Source: an uncultured Actinomycetes bacterium | GTDB taxonomy: Bacteria; Actinomycetota; Thermoleophilia; Gaiellales; Gaiellaceae | Reading direction: 5' to 3' | Assembly (NCBI GenBank): GCA_963697005.1 | Contig: CAVOMK010000010.1 | Span: forward strand, 19,774-83,773 | DNA: 64,000 nt | Shown here: piece by piece, positions 59,734 to 64,000 of the stretch | Numbering within the stretch: position 1 is the first letter of the stretch | Layout: each line of letters starts with the position of its first letter | Program-made: the position numbers and the translations under genes | The notes under the pieces: generated by a model | Seen by the model: the letters and a program-made list of their open reading frames with translations, nothing else | Told to the model about the DNA's origin: nothing | Database searches by the model: none

Positions 59734-62459
59734 TTGCCCTGGTTCCGACGACGGAAGAACGAATCCGACGCAGCGGCCGCTCAGCCGGCCGCACCCGAGG
59801 CTCCTCGCGAGCCTGAAGTAATCGAATCGGCCGCCGAGCCGGCGGCCGGTACAACCGATCCCACCAAGCCCAAGCGCCGCCGCGGTAGCCGCGGAGGACG
59901 CGGGCGCAAGAAGCCCGGGACTGCGACAGCCGGCGACAAGCCGGGCGAAGCGAAGCCCGAACCGAAGCCGCGGAGCGGCGACCGGAAACAGCCGGAGCGC
60001 AAGCAGCCGCAACAACAGATGTCGCAGCGCCAGGAGCGGCGCCGCCAGGAGAGCGGCAGCCGCCGCCGCCAGGCGCCCCGCCGTGCGCCGCTGCCGGCAG
60101 CGAAGCGCGAGCTGATCGTCTCCGTCGACGTCGGCGAACAGCGCGTCGCCGTCCTCGAGGACGACCGCGTCGCCGAGGTCTATCTCGAGCGTCCGGAGCG
60201 GCGCTCGATCGCGGGGAACATCTACCTCGGCACGGTCGACAACGTCCTCCCCGGAATGGAGGCGGCGTTCGTCGAGATCGGCCTGGAGAAGAACGGCTTC
60301 CTCTACGTCGACGAGATCGTCGGCCCGGAGCTCGAGCGCGGCCACGGCCGCCGCATCCAGGACCTGATCAGCCGCGGCCAGACGATCCTCGTCCAGGCGG
60401 TGAAGGACCCGATGAAGACGAAGGGCGCCCGCCTGACGACGCAGATCTCGCTTCCCGGCCGGTTCGTCGTCTTCGTCCCGCAAGGCGAGGGGCTCGGCGT
60501 GTCGCGCCGGCTCGACGACGACGAGCGCGGACGCCTGAAGGACATCCTCAAGAAGCTGAACGTCAAGGAGGGCGGCGTCATCGTCCGCACCGCCGCCGAA
60601 GGCGCGTCCGAGGAGGACATCGAGCGCGACCTCGTCTTCTTGCAGCGGCTCTGGAAGTCGATCCAGGCGCAGGCGAAGACCGCCAAGGCGCCGGAGCTCA
60701 TCTACCAGGAAGCGGAGCTGCCGCTGCGCGTCACGCGCGACCTCTTCACCGGCGACTTCGAGCGCGCGCTCGTCGACAACGACCAGGCGTTCAAGCGCAT
60801 CACCGGGTACCTGAAGAAGACGTCGCCGCACATGGTCGAGCGCGTCATCCGGTACAGGGAGAAGACGCCGCTGATGGAGGCGTTCGGCGTCGACGCCGAG
60901 ATCAGGTCGACGTTGAACCGGCGCGTCGACCTTCCCTCCGGCGGCTATCTCATCTTCGACTACGCGGAGGCGTTCACCGTCATCGACGTGAACACCGGCC
61001 GCTTCGTCGGCTCGCGCGGCAAGAGCGCCGGCGGCCGGCTCGAGGACACGATCACGAAGAACAACCTCGAAGCGGTGAAGGAAGTCGTCCGCCAGCTGCG
61101 CCTGCGCGACGTCGGCGGGATCATCGTCATCGACTTCATCGACATGGCGAACCCGAAGAACCGGAAGACGGTCGAGGACGCCCTGCGCGAAGAGCTCGAG
61201 CGCGACCGGACGAAGACGTACGTCGTCGAGATCTCGCCGCTCGGCCTCGTCGAGATGACGCGGCAGAACGTGACGGAAGGGCCGCGCGAAGTCATGACGC
61301 GCAAGTGCCCGACGTGCGGCGGCGACGGCATCGTGCTCTCCGAGGCGTCCGCGGCGATCGACGTCGAGCGGCGCCTCCGTGCGCTGACTGCGGGCTCGCG
61401 CTCGCAGGCGTTCAAGGTCGAGCTCGCCGCGCCGATCGCGAGTGCGCTCGTCGGACCGGGAGCGCGGCGGCTCATCGAGCTCGAGGCGCTGACGAAGCGG
61501 CGCTTCTTCCTCGAGGGCAAGCCCGACATGCACCTCGACCATTTCGTCGTCCTCGCCGAGGGCAAGCTCGCCGACCTGACGCCGCCCTCTCCGGTGGCGG
61601 AGGGTGCAGAGCTTCAGGTCGAGCTGGTCGAGGTCGACCGGCACGACGCGACGGCCGCCGTCGGGAAGCTGGACGGCATCGACGTCTGCGTCGGCGACGC
61701 GGCGCAGCTCGTCGGCAAGCGCGTGAAGGTGCGCGTCGAGCGCGTGCTCGACGGAACCGCGTACGCGTCGCTGACACGGCGCGTGAAGGTGGCCGAGCCG
61801 CTGACCGCCGAGGCCGAGGCGGAGAAGCCGACGCGCAAGCCGCCGGTCCGGAAGGACGCAGAGGCCGGAGCTTCGGTGTCTGACACCGAGGGCGAGGAGC
61901 TCGAGATCGAAGAGACCGACGAGCCGACGAGGCCGAGGACGTTGAAGACGTCGAGGCGGAGGACGAGGAGGACGACGAAGCGGTCGCCTCTGACACGCCG
62001 GCCGTAGCCGCGAAGAAGAAGACGCGGCGCGGATCTCGCGGCGGCCGCAACCGCAAGAAGCCGACCACGATCCATCTTCCGCCCGACGAGCTCGGCGCGC
62101 CGAAGGCGGCCGAGGAACCGCAGCCGGCCGTCGCCGAAGCGGAGCCGGTGTCCGACACCGCGGCGCCAGAGGCGTCGGAAACGCCCGAGGCGCCGTCCGA
62201 GAACGGCGCCGAGCCGAGGAAGAAGAAGACGCGGCGCGGCTCGCGCGGGGGCAAGAACCGGCGCAAGAAGCCGGCCGGCGCCCCGACGACGGTCTCCGAG
62301 AACGGCTCCGAACCGGAACCGGCGGCGGAGCACGAGGCCGAGCCGGAGGTGCACGAGCCTGTGCTCCAGCCGAAGGCGGCGGCGGAGGTCACGGCCACCC
62401 AGGAGGAGGAATGGGGCTACGTCCCCATGTCCGAGTGGGGCGACGAGATCGATGGTTAG
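59734..62459 (+). CDS. rne: Ribonuclease E/G with an apparent -1 frame change near 61924-61926.
   Basis: TTG 59734 lies 7 nt after GAAGGAG. It has an S1 domain (GNIYLGTVDNVLPGMEAAFVEIG) and a catalytic core (FTVIDVNTGRF, IIVIDFIDM). The acidic/basic tail continues in frame 3 to TAG 62457-62459. Confidence 0.92.
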
Positions 62460-62488
62460 CGCCCTGAGTTCGGCTACACTGCTGCCTT

Positions 62489-62510
62489 CGCGGGCCTCTG
62501 GCCCGCGTTT
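62489..62510 (+). terminator. Hairpin CGCGGGCC-TCT-GGCCCGCG followed by TTT, between rne and rplU.
   Basis: It has an 8-bp GC stem and a short T-run, and lies 15 nt before the rplU ATG. It may be a terminator or an attenuator. Confidence 0.45.
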
Positions 62511-62524
62511 CAGCGCCTAAAGCA

Positions 62525-63118
62525 ATGAGCTACGCGATCATCACACTCGGCGGCAAGCAGTACCGCGTTCGCCCGGGCGAGCGGCTGCTCGTCGATCGCC
62601 TGAAGGAGGACGAGGGGAAGACGTTCACCCCGCGCGTCCTGCTTGTGGGCGGCGACGGCAAGACCGACCTCTCGCCGACGACGACGGTGACTGCACGCGT
62701 CGTGGGCCACGTGCTCGGCGAGAAGATCCGGATCGGCAAGTACAAGAAGCGGACCGGGTACCGCCGCCACAACGGCTATCGCAGCCGGCTGACGCGGATC
62801 GAGATCGAGGCCATCGGCGCGACGAAGGCGCCCGTAACCAAGGTGCGTAGCGTTGAGCCCAAGGCAGCAGCGGTCCCCAAGGCTGCGCCGAAGGCCGCAG
62901 CTGCGCCCAAGGCGGCGGCCCCGGCAGCTACGCCGGCGCGCACCGTGCATCCGCCGAAGGGTTACGAGGACATGTCGATCGCGGAGATCAAGGAGCACGT
63001 CTCGACCTGGCGGCGCCCCAACATCGAGGCTGCCCTCGAGTACGAGAAGGCGAACGCGAACCGCAAGGGCGCGATCGCGACGCTCGAGTCTGCGCTCGCC
63101 GCGAAGGAGGAGCACTAG
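62525..63118 (+). CDS. rplU: 50S ribosomal protein L21 with a C-terminal extension of about 95 aa.
   Basis: The core reads MSYAIITLGGKQYRVRPGERLLVDRL...RRHNGYRSRLTRIEI. It is followed by an Ala/Pro/Lys linker and a helical module. Confidence 0.93.
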   Translation: MSYAIITLGGKQYRVRPGERLLVDRLKEDEGKTFTPRVLLVGGDGKTDLSPTTTVTARVVGHVLGEKIRIGKYKKRTGYRRHNGYRSRLTRIEIEAIGATKAPVTKVRSVEPKAAAVPKAAPKAAAAPKAAAPAATPARTVHPPKGYEDMSIAEIKEHVSTWRRPNIEAALEYEKANANRKGAIATLESALAAKEEH

Positions 63119-63367
63119 ATGGCACACAAAAAAGGTCTAGGCTCGTCGCGGAACGGCCGTGACTCGAACCCGCAAATGCTCGGCGTCAAGCTCTTCGCCG
63201 GCCAGGACGTGACGGCGGGGATGATCCTCGTTCGCCAGCGCGGCACGCGCTTCCGCCCCGGCCCCGGCACGGGCATCGGCAAGGACGACACGATCTTTGC
63301 GACGCGCGAAGGCAAGGTCGCCTTCCGCACGAGCGGCGAACGCCGCTTCGTCAGCGTCGTCGACTAA
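63119..63367 (+). CDS. rpmA: 50S ribosomal protein L27.
   Basis: The protein reads [29 protein letters not shown]. Confidence 0.97.
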   Translation: MAHKKGLGSSRNGRDSNPQMLGVKLFAGQDVTAGMILVRQRGTRFRPGPGTGIGKDDTIFATREGKVAFRTSGERRFVSVVD

Positions 63368-63375
63368 GGGCTTCC

Positions 63376-64000
63376 GTGTTCCACGATCGCGCCCGGCTAT
63401 GGGTGCAGGGCGGCCGCGGCGGCGACGGGTCGTTCCATTTCCGGCGCGAGAAGTTCGTGCCGAAGGGTGGACCGGACGGCGGTGACGGCGGCGCCGGCGG
63501 CGACGTCGTGCTGATCGCGGATTCGCGCCGGCGCGACTTGTCCGGCGTCCGTCCGAACCAGAAGCTGCGCGCCGGTCGCGGGGGCGGCGGCGGCGGGCGA
63601 CTGTCGCACGGCGCCGACGGTGAGGACGCAGTGCTGAACGTGCCCGTGGGCACGCAGGTGTTCGACGGCGAGGGCCGGCTCGTCGCCGATCTCGCGCACG
63701 CCAACGCGCGCGTCGTTGTCGCGAAGGGCGGGACCGGCGGCCGCGGCAACAAGCATTTCGCAACGCCGACGCGGCAGACGCCGCGCTTCGCCGAGGTCGG
63801 GCTTCCGGGCGAGGAGGGCGACATCGAGCTGCGGCTGAAGCTGCTCGCCGACGCCGCGCTTGTCGGTCTCCCGAACGCCGGCAAGTCCTCGCTGCTCGCA
63901 CGCATCTCGAACGCGCGACCGAAGATCGCCGACTACCCATTCACGACGCTCGCGCCGGTCCTCGGCACGGTGGAGATGGACGGGAGCCAGCTCACCGTTG
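63376..64000 (+). CDS. obg: GTPase Obg. The 3' end lies outside the window.
   Basis: Hand translation from GTG 63376 gives VFHDRARLWVQGGRGGDGSFHFRREKFVPKGGPDGGDGG...ADAALVGLPNAGKSSLL. The frame is open to the window end. Confidence 0.9.
   Translation, partial: MFHDRARLWVQGGRGGDGSFHFRREKFVPKGGPDGGDGGAGGDVVLIADSRRRDLSGVRPNQKLRAGRGGGGGGRLSHGADGEDAVLNVPVGTQVFDGEGRLVADLAHANARVVVAKGGTGGRGNKHFATPTRQTPRFAEVGLPGEEGDIELRLKLLADAALVGLPNAGKSSLLARISNARPKIADYPFTTLAPVLGTVEMDGSQLTV

Overview
This is a very GC-rich bacterial chromosome segment with an Actinobacteria-like gene order; the lineage cannot be fixed without a database search. Conserved content runs in this order: the 3' part of rpoB, rpoC, a 3.3-kb non-ribosomal insertion, the str operon (rpsL-rpsG-fusA-tuf), and the S10-spc-alpha superoperon (rpsJ through rplQ, including secY, adk, map, infA, rpmJ and rpoA), followed by truA. 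Later come ligA, a PBP4-type carboxypeptidase, a LuxR-type response regulator and two divergent cell-wall hydrolases. After those are an acyl-CoA ligase, Ku, SSB, mreBCD-mrdA-rodA, RNase E/G, rplU-rpmA and the start of obg. No tRNA, rRNA, CRISPR array or transposase was seen.

The accessory part lies at about 33.1-41.2 kb, all on the minus strand. It is a tandem pair of paralogous cassettes, each made of unannotated small hydrophobic peptide gene(s), a hairpin, a multi-TM GGDEF + HD-GYP protein and a small DUF5317-like membrane protein. One cassette is intact and one is riddled with frame changes. A GH38 glycosidase gene sits between them.

The main observations are:
1. A roughly 165-180-nt five-hairpin repeat occurs in three copies. 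Its stems differ between copies but stay complementary, and each copy abuts the stop codon of a gene transcribed into it.
2. The peptide / c-di-GMP cassette carries a conserved leader, CTGCGGnnATCnnCTTGGAGGTGAA.
3. A perfect 14-bp hairpin sits in the rpoB-rpoC spacer.
4. There are about 30 single-base frame changes, mostly +1, many in essential genes. This points to uncorrected assembly indels, so every pseudogene call here is provisional.

All coordinates of frame changes, starts and motifs were read by eye.
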